Assembly (NCBI GenBank): GCA_002104905.1
Contig: MCFE01000210.1
Coordinates: forward strand, 63,777-127,776
Source of the DNA: Basidiobolus meristosporus CBS 931.73
Lineage: Eukaryota > Fungi > Basidiobolomycota
Direction of reading: 5' to 3'
Length of the DNA stretch: 64,000 nt
Part shown: piece after piece, positions 53,159-64,000 of the stretch
How positions within the stretch are numbered: the first letter of the stretch is position 1
How the letters are laid out: every line of letters starts with the position of its first letter
Position numbers and translations under genes: made by a program
The notes under the pieces: generated by a model
Seen by the model: the letters and a program-made list of their open reading frames with translations, nothing else
Databases searched by the model: none
Told to the model about the DNA's origin: nothing

Positions 53159-55709
53159 GAATTATGACCAAGTTAAGATTTGTCTCCATTGGGGTAGCTG
53201 CCATTTTACAGGACTCCATTTGGTACTTCTTTAGTATATCTTGAATATACTTGGATTGGCTTAGGGTGATAGTCTGGGTACTTATGTCTATGGAGGACTT
53301 TGATTTTAAGTAGTAACTGAGTTCTCCTGGATTGTACATCTTGAACTTTGTAGATAGGCTGGATTTAGTCTCTTCCAATGTTTCTAGATTATTGGCAGCT
53401 ATAATAAGAACATCCATTTATATAGCTAATAGAGCTTGATTTGCTTTGTATGGCTTAGAGTATATACTAACTTAATCCCTAAGTAGTAACTGAGCTCTCC
53501 TAGATTGGATATCTTGAACTCCTTGGATAGACTGGATTTAGACTCTTCCAATGTTTCTAGGCTATTGGTGGCTATAACAAGATCATCCACATATAGAGCT
53601 AATAGAACTGGATTTGCTCTATCAGGCTTATGGTATATATTATAGTCAGCATAACTCCTTTTGAAACTCAAAGATTCCAGATAAGAATCTATCTTGCAAT
53701 TCCAGTTTCTTGGTGATTGTCTGAGACCATATAGAGATTTTTTAAGCTTGCAGAGCAAATAAGAGTTATCTTGGTAAACAAACACATCAGGCTGGCTTGT
53801 ATACATGTCTTCAGCAAGTACTCAGTTCAAAAATGCAGGTTTTATACACATTTGATGTATAAAAAACTTTTATTTGGCTGCAATAGTCAATAATAATCTG
53901 AAGGAATTCAACTTGGCTACCAATGCAAAGGTCTTAGTACAGTCAAGTCCTTTTGTTTGGTAGTATCTTTTAGCCACCAGTCTTGCTCTGTATATTTTAA
54001 TAGTACTATAAGCCTTGCATTTTGTCTTGAAGACCCATCTTCATCCAATTGATTTTTGATTGATTGGGTATTTGACTAAGTCCCAAGTTTGATTTTGCAT
54101 CAGGGTCTGATATTCCTTAGTCATTGCAGTTCTCCAAGACTCTGTCTGAGGGGTATATGGGGCCACTTTCACAGTCTTTTGCTCATCCATATCAGCTATA
54201 AGCATTGGCTAAGTTTGTACCCTCATTGATATGGTAATCTGGGCAATTTCTTGTCCGGTTGGAACTCCTGGCATTTGATACTGGAATGATCACTTCTGAA
54301 TATTCCTGGGCACTACTTCAGGCTGATCCACAGTTGTAGAGTTCTCTGTTGCATTGCTCTGATTCAATTTTGACAATTGGTGGACTTGAGAACTGATTTT
54401 TGTCATCATCTGATGTCATTTTTTGTGAAAGTTTTGAATTTTCATCAAGCAACACATCCCTGGACTTGATCAGCTTCTTTGCTTTGGTATTGTAGAGTCT
54501 CTATGCCCTACTCTCATTGTGGTAGCCCAAAAATATGAATTTTTGACTTTTTGGCTCAAATTTTGACTGATATCTGGGCAGTTTCTTGGCATATGCTATG
54601 CACCCAAATATTCCTAGTTTTTCTGCAGTTGATTTGTGTCCATACTATGCTTCACATGGAATATAATTGCAAACTGTTTTATAATAACACCTATTTCTAA
54701 GTTATACAGCTGTGGCAACTTATTCTGCGTAAAAGTTATAGGATAATTTTTGATCATGGATAGCTGATCTTACCATATCTATTATTGATATATATGCATG
54801 TTTTGCTATTCCATTTTGCTGCGCAGAGTATGGTACAGCAGTGTCCTGCTTTATCCCATGAATTTTGCAGAAGTGGATGAAGAGTTTTGATGTATATTCT
54901 CCACCATTGTCAGAGCATATTTTCTTGATTTTTGCACCAGTTTCACTCTCCACCATGCCTTTGAACTCCCTGAGCTTAGACAGAGTTTCTTCCTTTCTCT
55001 CCATGAAGTAGACCCATGTGTATCTTGTATAATCATCATTAAAAGTGACTAAATACTTCATTGTTTCCCTTATATGCAGGTTCTACAGAGCTCCAAGCTA
55101 GATGGGAGATCAATTTTTATTCCAGAAATTAGCTGATGTGTGATTGTTTTGCTCAGATAATTAAAATTGATGTGTCCAAATCTCCTGTGCCAATGCAGGG
55201 GTGTTTTGTCATTTAACCTACCTATATTGACTTCCTGATATGATGGAATATAAGCAAACCTGTATAGATTCTGATCTCTGATACCCAAAGCAATATGGGC
55301 ACCATGCTGATCAGTGATCCTGCATCCAGAATTGCCAAAGTTGAGACTAAGTCCTTCCGCTGTAGCTTTGCTTACAGATAGTAGTTTCTTGGCCATTTCT
55401 GGTACATAGAGTGCTTCTCTTAAGGCTAATGTAAGGCTTCCTTCACTGCTTCTAAGGTTTACTTGGATAGTTCCTTCTCCCACTGCATCAAGTGTTTTAT
55501 TGTTACCCATGAATATATTCCTAATTAGAATTTCTTGATCTTGGGTAAAAAGTATTCTTTGGTGTGTGTAAAATATCAAAATGCTTCAAAGTCAGTTTAC
55601 CACATCTGAGAATCCTTGTTTGTGATCTTATTTGGTGTGGATATCAATAATCTATCTTATATTGTTACAGCATTTCCAGATTCAAACTTTTGCTGATTAC
55701 ATCTCATTA

Positions 55710-56590
55710 TGAGAGCTGGTCTTATGCAGTCTGACTAATTTTGCAAAGCTTACAGTACTGCATTCAGTATCAATGAAGCACAAACATATCCAATATATTT
55801 GATGGCAAACATTACAAACAGCTAAGATGCAAGGGCTACTTTGAAGGTGTGTATGACCATGCCTTTGCATTAGCACTTGATGGACTCTCATTAAACAAAT
55901 ACTCTGCCAGCAAATCCTGCTGGCCACTGATTCTCATCAGTCTGAATCTGCGGCCCATCTTACAGTATCAGAGCAATAATCTGATGGTAGTCTCACTGGT
56001 ATCTGGGCCTAAATCACTGTCCAACCTGGATAGATACCTGTATGCATTACAGAATAAATTTTGAATGCTCTCCAGCAGGATAACAGTAAATGACCATCAT
56101 GGAAAAGCACATGTTATTAAATGGATTGGAGATACCTCAGCCATCAGCAAGATAGCAGGTCTTTCCAGGCACAATGAATGGTATTACTGTCAAATGTGTG
56201 AGATCCAGGGGATTTACTCCATAACTCACACACATTATTATTACCCAAACACCAGCACTAAGAACATCATCTTCCCACACAGAGAACATGCAGAAGTCAG
56301 CATGTAATTGCAGCAAAGTTGGCAAGCTATAAGTCATTGGCCAGAATATGGAATCATTCAAAAACTGGAGATACTTAAGATAGATGGTATCTGTTGGAGC
56401 AAAAGCTCTCCAGTGGGAGCAATGCATTTGCTTTTCAACAATATCCCTATACTGATGACCAAGTTGTACATGGGGCATATCATGCTAAATGAGCCCTTTG
56501 AGATACCAGAGAAATTTGTAAGAATTGGCAAGATATTACAGAGTTTCCTCCACCCTAAGTACTTCTCACAGGCTCCAATTACCCTATGAA
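55710..56590 (+). mobile_element. CACTA/EnSpm (Transposase_21-like) transposase relic
   Basis: LALDGLSL...SCWPLILISLNLRP...VSGPKS, GDTSAISKIAGLSRH...YYCQMC, AMHLLFNNI. Confidence 0.7.
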
Positions 56591-56799
56591 AAATAATTTG
56601 GTTCCGCAGGTGGATCTGATCCGGATCATCCGTCAAGATTCCGCTCAGAGACCAATATAATAGTAGCAGCTTGGAATTAGTGACCCTCCTGACGATCTTA
56701 TAACAAGATCATGACGGTGTTTTGCAAATTTTACAGCCAAATAGAGGGATAATACTTGACAATTTTTGATTGGTGCTGTGACAATATTTGCATGTTATT

Positions 56800-58374
56800 G
56801 TTGCAGTCTTTCAGCACTCTATTACTATTTTAAGTGGATCCAGTTGGCCAGGACTTCCAATTGCCTTATATGGCAAGAAACTTGACAGTATTTTGACGGC
56901 CTCACAGCAAGACTCTGATGGCTTTTTCTTAGCAGTATGATGGCCTGCCGCTGGTTCTGCATAATACAACCGTACCAATTTACCAAATGGTATTTCCTTT
57001 TTCTACCTCCCCTTGTGCAATTCATATATTCCATTGTAGAATCACCTTTCTTTATTTGCTTACCCACTACTACCTTGGGTATTCCACATATAGTTTGAAT
57101 CAAAAAAAACTATGGCCTCCTGCTTACTAACCTCTACAAACACCCACACCTGCTGCAATTGACATACTTCTATCATCTCAACTTTACGGCTTTTTAGTGT
57201 GATACTTGCAAAGTTGCCATATACCTTGCACTACTGGTAGCATACACATCTTGCAAACATATGCTTGGTTGTTGCCACTTCTGCCATGAATGCCTCCTGA
57301 ATATTGGCAAAGAACATCTTGGTATTTAGCCAATATATTCCTTCTTCCTGCTGGATTATAGTGCCCCTTATAGGTGCGCGCTGGCTTTTGTTTGTGTGAA
57401 TTCCGTATTGAATGGTGTAGAAGTTGGCTTGTGACCATGAGAAATCCGGCATATCTTGGTGGAGTTTTCCTGATAAAAATTAGTTGCTTGTTGCACCCAA
57501 CCCAACTTTGCATAACTTAACTGATTACCCATGCATTGGGGCTGCTTAGCTTCGTAATGCCATAGGCATAGGTGTCTCCATGTGCACATATGTCCTCAGT
57601 ATTTTCCAACTCTTTCTGGTTATCCTCCATGTGCCAACTCATCACATCCATGACGGACTTGAAGGTAATATTCTTGATGAGATTGGGATATGGTAGTACC
57701 TGCAACTTGGCTTGTCTTCCTATCTCCCCACACATCCACTCCATAGGAAACTCCCAAAAGGTGAAGCAAGGCCCAATATTCTCCACAAACCATGCAAGAT
57801 GGAGTAGAGAATGGATACAGTAGCAGCAGATATCTAGATGTTCAGCTTTATGTTTGTAGAATAGCCGCTCAAATCCCATCACAAACTCCTCACACAACAG
57901 CTGCAGATGTGTCAAGTTGGCATTGGTGATCCACTTCTGGATAAATATTCCTACAATGTCTACATATGACTCCCAATTCTTCCAATGTACTCTTGGTAGG
58001 AATGGCTTCAGAGCACCACCTGAATAAATACATATCCAGTTCATCCAGTCTTTGCATTTGTATTGTTACATATGCATATGAATATTAGTTGGAGCCGGTG
58101 AGAGGTACTTAGGGTAGCAGATACTCTGTAATATATAGCCAATTTTTTCAAATTTTTCTGGTATCTCAAAGGGCTCATTTAGCTTGAAATGCCCCATGTA
58201 GAACTTGGTCATCAGTATAGGGATATTGTTGAAAAGCAAATGCATTGCTCCCAGTGGAAAGCTTTTGGTCCAACAGATACCATCTATCTTAAGTATCTCT
58301 GGTTTCCAATTGATTCCGTATTCTGGCCAATGGCTTATAGCTTGCCAACTTTGCTGCAATTGCATGCTTGCTCC
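56800..58374 (-). mobile_element. Second CACTA/EnSpm transposase relic, inverted relative to the first and interrupted by a Copia LTR
   Basis: AMHLLFNNI, KCKDWMNWI, IHSLLHL..V..IGP...WEFPMEWMCG; paralogous to 56304-56580. Confidence 0.75.
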
Positions 58375-58609
58375 TGTTGTAAAAATTTGTAATTCCACCT
58401 AAATATTCACCTACCTTAGTCACTCAGATCATTACATTCAAATCCTAGAGAATACTGACCAAATTCCTTGTCAGGATTTACTTAGAATATTTTCACCAAA
58501 ATACCAGGTACCCAGAACATGAAAATTCTCAAAGTTGTCCAAACAGCCCCAAACTTTGCACACATGTTCTTGGGACCTTCCTTAACCTATTCTACATGTT
58601 TGTAATGCC
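58375..58609 (+). mobile_element. 5' part of a Copia LTR (copy E) interrupted by copy F
   Basis: TGTTGTAAAAATTTG... ending ATGCC, immediately followed by a new TGTTGT. Confidence 0.9.
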
Positions 58610-58959
58610 TGTTGTAAAAAATTCGTATTTCCACCTAAATATTCACCTAACTTAGTCACTTAGATCATTACCTTCAAATCCTAGAAAATACTGACCAAAT
58701 TTCTTGTCGGGATTTACTTAGAATATTTTCACCAAAATACCAGGTACCCAGAACATGAAAATTCTCAAAGTTGTCCAAACAGCCCCAAACTTTGCACACA
58801 TGTTCTTGGGACCTTCCTTAACCTATTCTACGTGTTTGTAATGCCAAGACCAGGTAAAAGTATAAATACCACTTTTACATTCAATAAATCATTAAGTGAA
58901 AACCACATAATCTACTTGTTCTCCCAATCACTTCCAATATCTCCAAGACTCTTACAACA

Positions 58960-58971
58960 GGTTATGAGCCC
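58960..58971 (+). promoter_or_regulatory. Primer-binding site complementary to the anticodon arm of initiator tRNA-Met
   Basis: GGTTATGAGCCC directly after the LTR; reverse complement of GGGCUCAUAACC in yeast tRNAi(Met). Also at 39523, 44562 and 41301 (minus). Confidence 0.9.
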
Positions 58972-60465
58972 CGAGCTGTCACTCTCTGCAATGTCTACTA
59001 CTGCTATTACTGGAATTTTTCCCTCTGCTGAAAAGTTGGATGGATCTAACTACCAAGTGTGGAAGGTAAAGATGAAGATGCTGCTGCAAGAAAGAGGCCT
59101 TTGGGATATTGTCATGGGAGAAGAATGCCCTCCTAAAAACGTGGGAGAGGAAGCCTTAAAGTACCAGAAGAAAGAACAAAGTGCCTTTAACTGCATTTGC
59201 CTTAATGTCAAGGACAAATTGCTAATTCAATGCTCAAGAGCAAAAACGGCAAAGAATGCCTGGAAAGCATTAGAAGACACCTACCAGTCATGTTCAGCTG
59301 CCAAGAAAATGTATCTGAGAAGAAAATTCTTTACTACAAAGATGCTGCCAGGAGAAGAAATGAAAAATCTAATTAACAGAATTACCCTGCTGGTAGATGA
59401 GATGGAATCTGTGGGCGTACCAACTACTGATGAGGATGTGATAGTTACCATCCTGAATAGCCTGACAGACGAGTTTCAGGGCCTTGTATCAGCCCTAGAG
59501 TCCAGAACTGAAGATTTGACCTTAAATTACGTATATGGAAGGCTCCTGGATGAAGAATTAAGAAAATCAAGCGCCAATAAGAAGGAAGAAGAAAATGCTT
59601 TAATAAGCAATGATAACCAACAAAGGAGGTACCCAAGACCCTACAAAGGCAACAGCAACCTATTTTGCAACTACTGCAAAAGGAAAGGACACACATCAGA
59701 CCGGTGTTTCAAAAAGAGAGATTATCAGCAAAAGAAGCCTGAATATGGAAATGCTGCAACAACTGAAGATAGACTATTCATATCTGCACTAAATATGACC
59801 ACAAACAAGGATTCTCAGACGTGGTATATTGACTCTGGAGCTTCTCAACACTTTACACACCAAAAAGAACTTTTTACCCAATATCAAGAAATCCCAATTA
59901 AGAAGGTTTTCATGGGTGACGATAGAACACTTGATGCAGTGGGAGAAGGAACTATCCAAGTAAACCTTAGAAGCAGTGAAGGAAGCCATACACTGACCTT
60001 TAAAGAAGTACTCTATGTACCAGAAATAGCCAAGAACCTACTCTCTGTAAGCAAGGCCACAGCAGAAGGACTCAGTTTCAGTTTTGACAATTCTGGATGC
60101 AGGATCACTGATCAAAATGGTGCTCATATTGCTTCGGGCATCAGAGATCAGAACCTATACAAGTTGACTTATATTCCATCATATCTGGAAGCCAATATAA
60201 GTAACTTAAATGAAGAAACACCAATGCTTTGGCACAGGAGATTTGGACACATCAATTTTGATTATTTGCGTAAAATGATCAAAGATCAGCTAATTTCTGG
60301 AGTAAAGATTGATCCCCAAGCTAATTTGGAGCACCATGAAGCCTGCATATATGGGAAACAAGCCAGACAACCGTTCAAGAGCTCTGGGTTAATCAAAACT
60401 AAGAAAAAATTAGATCTAATTCACTCAGATCTGTGTGGACCTATGCAAAATTTATCCTTAGGCGG

Positions 60466-61544
60466 TGTGGTGGTGTATAAGTCCAAAGGGCAAAATACGG
60501 CCAACACTTCTCAAGTGTGAATGTGTGTGGGGTGTTCACTGGGTGCGATAACCTCTGGCAAAAGCTTGCTAGGAATACTGGGTCTTTTATCTAATCTAAT
60601 GTGATGGGGGATAAAGCCTCAAGCTTGTCAAGGGAAAACTATTGAACTACAATCCCCAACTTAGTTGGCGTCTTAACAAAAGTTTATAATGGCTTCGACA
60701 TCCTTTGAGATGACAATGTACTAAAGCTTCCAAAGTCAAAACAACTGTAAACTCCACCAACAGGGACTTGATAAGAATGCAGCTTTGACCAATAGTTACA
60801 AAGACTGAAAAGTATCTTTGCCTGTACAAGAACAAACTTGGGAAAACAAACAATATAATAAAATATACCTACTCTGAGTATTCCTCACAAGTAGTGCCTC
60901 CAAGGTCAGTTGGCTGTCAGCGCGGTTTCCTGGGAGTATCGTCAGGTCTGAGTCAGAAAATAGTGGTAATAGGTAGCGGTGATCTCACTAATCAATAAGT
61001 TGGAATATTGGAAGAGGGATGATTTATTTTTAAGGGATAGCCTCCCTTATATACTTTTTTGCTGCTCAATTTCTTGCTAGAAAATACTTTCCGGAAGCTT
61101 CCAGAAGGTAGTAGACAACCAATCATGTCTTTGTGTACTAAAAATAGCGCAAATTCTTGGCGGATTATTCCACGAGACATAGTAGCACCTAGCCAATCAG
61201 GTAGTGGTAACGTGAAACCTCTGTGTCATGTGGTTGCCTCTTATGGTAGTGAGATGGGGGATTATGAAACCAAGATGGTCACGTGACATGGGCACTGTTG
61301 GGGTACTTGCCTTATAAGGTAACTATCTTATCTTGGCATCTCGGCAAGGAATAAGAATAGCTTGTGCAATGGGTTAATAGTGACAAATAGTTTGTCAGGT
61401 TGCATAGTAATAATCACATAGACAAAAATAGGAAATATTGCAAATTTGGGATGATAATAATATAGGCGGGGTAATCCTTTTTAGGGAAGTGAACGCATAA
61501 GAATGAGCACATCTGCCTGTGGGTGTCACTGTGACCCCACTACA
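60466..61544 (-). mobile_element. 1079-bp solo LTR of an unrelated (probably Ty3/Gypsy) family inserted in the integrase of F
   Basis: TG...CA termini with imperfect IR TGTGGTGG/CCACTACA; 4-bp TSD GCGG (60462-65, 61545-48); TATATAA on the minus strand at 61047-53; empty site visible in copies B and C. Confidence 0.8.
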
Positions 61545-64000
61545 GCGGGATGAAGTATTTAATCACTTTTATTGATGATTATACAAGATACACATGGGTC
61601 TACTTCATGGAGAGAAAGGAAGAAGCTCTGTCTAAGCTAAGGGAGTTTAAAGCCATGGTGGAGAGAGAAACTGGTGAAAAAATCAAGAAAATACGCTCTG
61701 ACAATGGTGGAGAATATACCTCAAAACTCTTCATCCACTTCTGCAAAATTCATGGGATAAAGCAAGAGACTAGTGTACCATACTCCCCACAGCAAAATGG
61801 AGTAGCAGAACAAGCTAACAGATCAATGATTGATATGGCAAGATCTATGATCCATGATCAAAAATTATCCTATGATTTTTGGGCGGAATCAGTTGCCACT
61901 GCTGTATATCTTAAAAATAGGAGTTATAACAGAATACTTCGTGATTCTACTCCATTTGAAGCATGGTATGGACACAGACCAAGTGCAGAACATCTAAGAA
62001 TATTTGGGTGTACAGCATATGCCAAAAAACTGGCCAGAAATCAGTCAAAATTTGAGCCAAAAAGTGTAAAATGCATATTTTTGGGCTACTGCAATGAGAG
62101 TACGGCATACAGACTCTACAATACCAAAGCAAAGAAGCTGATCAAGTCCAGGGATGTGTTGTTTGATGAAAATTCAAAATTTTCACAAAAAATGACATCA
62201 GATGATGACGAAAATTTGATCTCAAGTCCACCAATTGTCAGGATTGAATCAGAGCAAAGCAATGAAAATTTTTTCACTCCAGAGGACTCTACAACCGTGG
62301 TTCAGCCAGAATCAGTGCCCAGGAATATCCCAGAAGTGATCATTCCAGTATCAAATGCCCGGAGATCAAATCGGACAAGAAATAGCCCAAATTACTATAT
62401 TAATGAGGGTACAAACTTAGCCTATGCCTATTCAGTCCATATTGATGAACCCCAGACTGTAAAAGAGGCCCTAAATAGCCCTCAGACGAAGTTTTGGAGA
62501 TCTGCAATGACTGAGGAATATCAGGCCCTGATGGAAAATCAAACTTGGGACTTAGTCAAATTACCAATCAACCAAAAATCAATTGGATGCAGATGGGTCT
62601 TCAAGACAAAGTACAAGGCTGATGGTACAATTGAAAGATACAAAGCAAGACTTGTAGCCAAAGGATACTCTCAAACAAAAGGACTTGACTATACTGAGAC
62701 CTTTGCACCGGTAGCCAAGTTTAATTCCATCAGATTAATATTGGCTATTGCAGCCAAATATAAGTTTTTTATTCATCAAATGGATGTAAAAACTGCATTT
62801 TTGAATGGAGAACTTGATGAGGACATGTATATGGACCAGCCTGATGGGTTTGTTGACCAAGATAACCCCCATTTGGTCTGCAAGCTTAAAAAGTCACTAT
62901 ATGGTCTCAAACAATCACCGAGAGCCTGGAATTGCAAGATAGATTCTTATTTGGAATCTTTGAGTTTCAAAAGGAGTAATGCTGACTATAGTATATACTA
63001 TAAGCCAGATAGAGCAAATCCAGTTCTATTAGCTCTATATGTGGATGATCTTATTATAGCCACCAATAACCTAGAAACATTGGAAGAGACTAAATCCAGC
63101 CTATCTAAGGAGTTCAAGATGTCCGATCTAGGAGAACTCAGTTACTACTTAGGGATTAAGTTCTCCATAGACAGAAGTACCCAGACTATTACCCTAAGCC
63201 AATCCAAGTATATTCAAGACATACTAAAGAAGTACAAAATGGAAGACTGTAAACCGGCAGCTACCCCAATGGAGACAAACCTTAACTTGGTCAAAACTCA
63301 ACCAAATCAAGAGAGCTTGGTGCCATCTGAAAGCCCTGACTTTCCTTATCAATCTATGGTCGGCAGTCTGATGTATATCATGCTTGGAACACGTCCAGAT
63401 ATCTCATATTCAGTGGGAGTTGTCAGCCAACATAATCAGAATTATGGATCTGATCATATTGCAGCAGTTAAGCGGATTTTTAGATACCTAAAAGGAACTG
63501 CTGATATCTGCTTAAGATACACTTATAAGGATTCAGAACAGGATCTTGTGGGATACTCTGATGCTGATTGGGGACGAAATTTAGAAGACAGAAGATCCAC
63601 CACAGGATACACCTTTCTTTACTGTAAAGGAGCAATTTCATGGAATTCAAGAAAGCAACCAACCGTAGCACTTTCTACTACAGAGGCAGAGTATATGGCA
63701 GCCTGTGAAGCTACAAAAGAAGCAATGTGGTTAAGAAAGCTGTTTACAGATTTAGGCCTATGTCAAAAAACGCCTATTACTTTATTTCAAGATAATCAAG
63801 GATGTATACAATTAGGTAGAAATCCAACTTTTCATGCTAGAACCAAGCACATAGATATCAGACATCATTTCATACGTGAAGCTATAGAGAATAACTTAGT
63901 TAGCATTAGTTTACTGTCCTACAGATGAAATGATTGCAGACATATTTACCAAACCATTAGCTAGAGACAAGTTTGAATATCTTAGTCAAAATTAGGACTA

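Larger units (their letters stand above)
43353..55700 (-). mobile_element. Old Copia copy D, split by B: 3' LTR 43353-43700 with PPT; body 43701-44213 and 53159-~55700; 5' end lost
   Basis: RT sequence is continuous across both junctions of element B; integrase, protease and gag-end relics to about 55700. Confidence 0.85.
58610..64000 (+). mobile_element. Youngest Copia copy F: 5' LTR 58610-58959, PBS 58960-58971, gag-pol 58964-~63990; 3' LTR beyond the window
   Basis: CCHC knuckle CNYCKRKGHTSDRC, protease WYIDSGAS, WHRRFGH, integrase HSDLCGP/IDDYTR/RSDNGGEY/PQQNGVAE, RT KARLVAKG/LYVDD, RNase H YSDADW/EAEY; CpGs retained. Confidence 0.97.

Overview
Intron-rich fungal genomic DNA, most likely from an early-diverging lineage (Zoopagomycota/Mucoromycota-like; this is an inference). 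1-38.7 kb is gene-dense: ankyrin+DIL protein, ATF6-like membrane bZIP, SNF1, an acidic orphan ORF, ankyrin+DysF protein, BRCT exons plus SSK2-type MAPKKK, DUG3, fumarate reductase-cytochrome b5, COX VIIc, two PCL/Pho80-like cyclins, mitochondrial TrmI-type methyltransferase, PHO8 (one frameshift), MFS permease, M17 aminopeptidase, PPR protein, SNRNP27 and HEM14. From 39.17 kb to the end is a CpG-depleted transposon nest dominated by one Ty1/Copia family (~350-bp LTRs TGTTGT...ACAACA, ~4.7 kb, 5-bp TSDs) that repeatedly inserted into itself, plus CACTA/EnSpm relics, a Gypsy-gag-like relic and a foreign 1.08-kb solo LTR. Best leads: (1) a predicted in-frame BRCT-SSK2 MAPKKK fusion; (2) a Ty5-like Copia with half-tRNA(iMet) priming, its gag ATG inside the PBS, an LISSPP motif resembling the Ty5 LDSSPP targeting domain, and self-nesting in methylated DNA; (3) a fungal ATF6-like factor. 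All gene models were spliced by eye; no searches were run.
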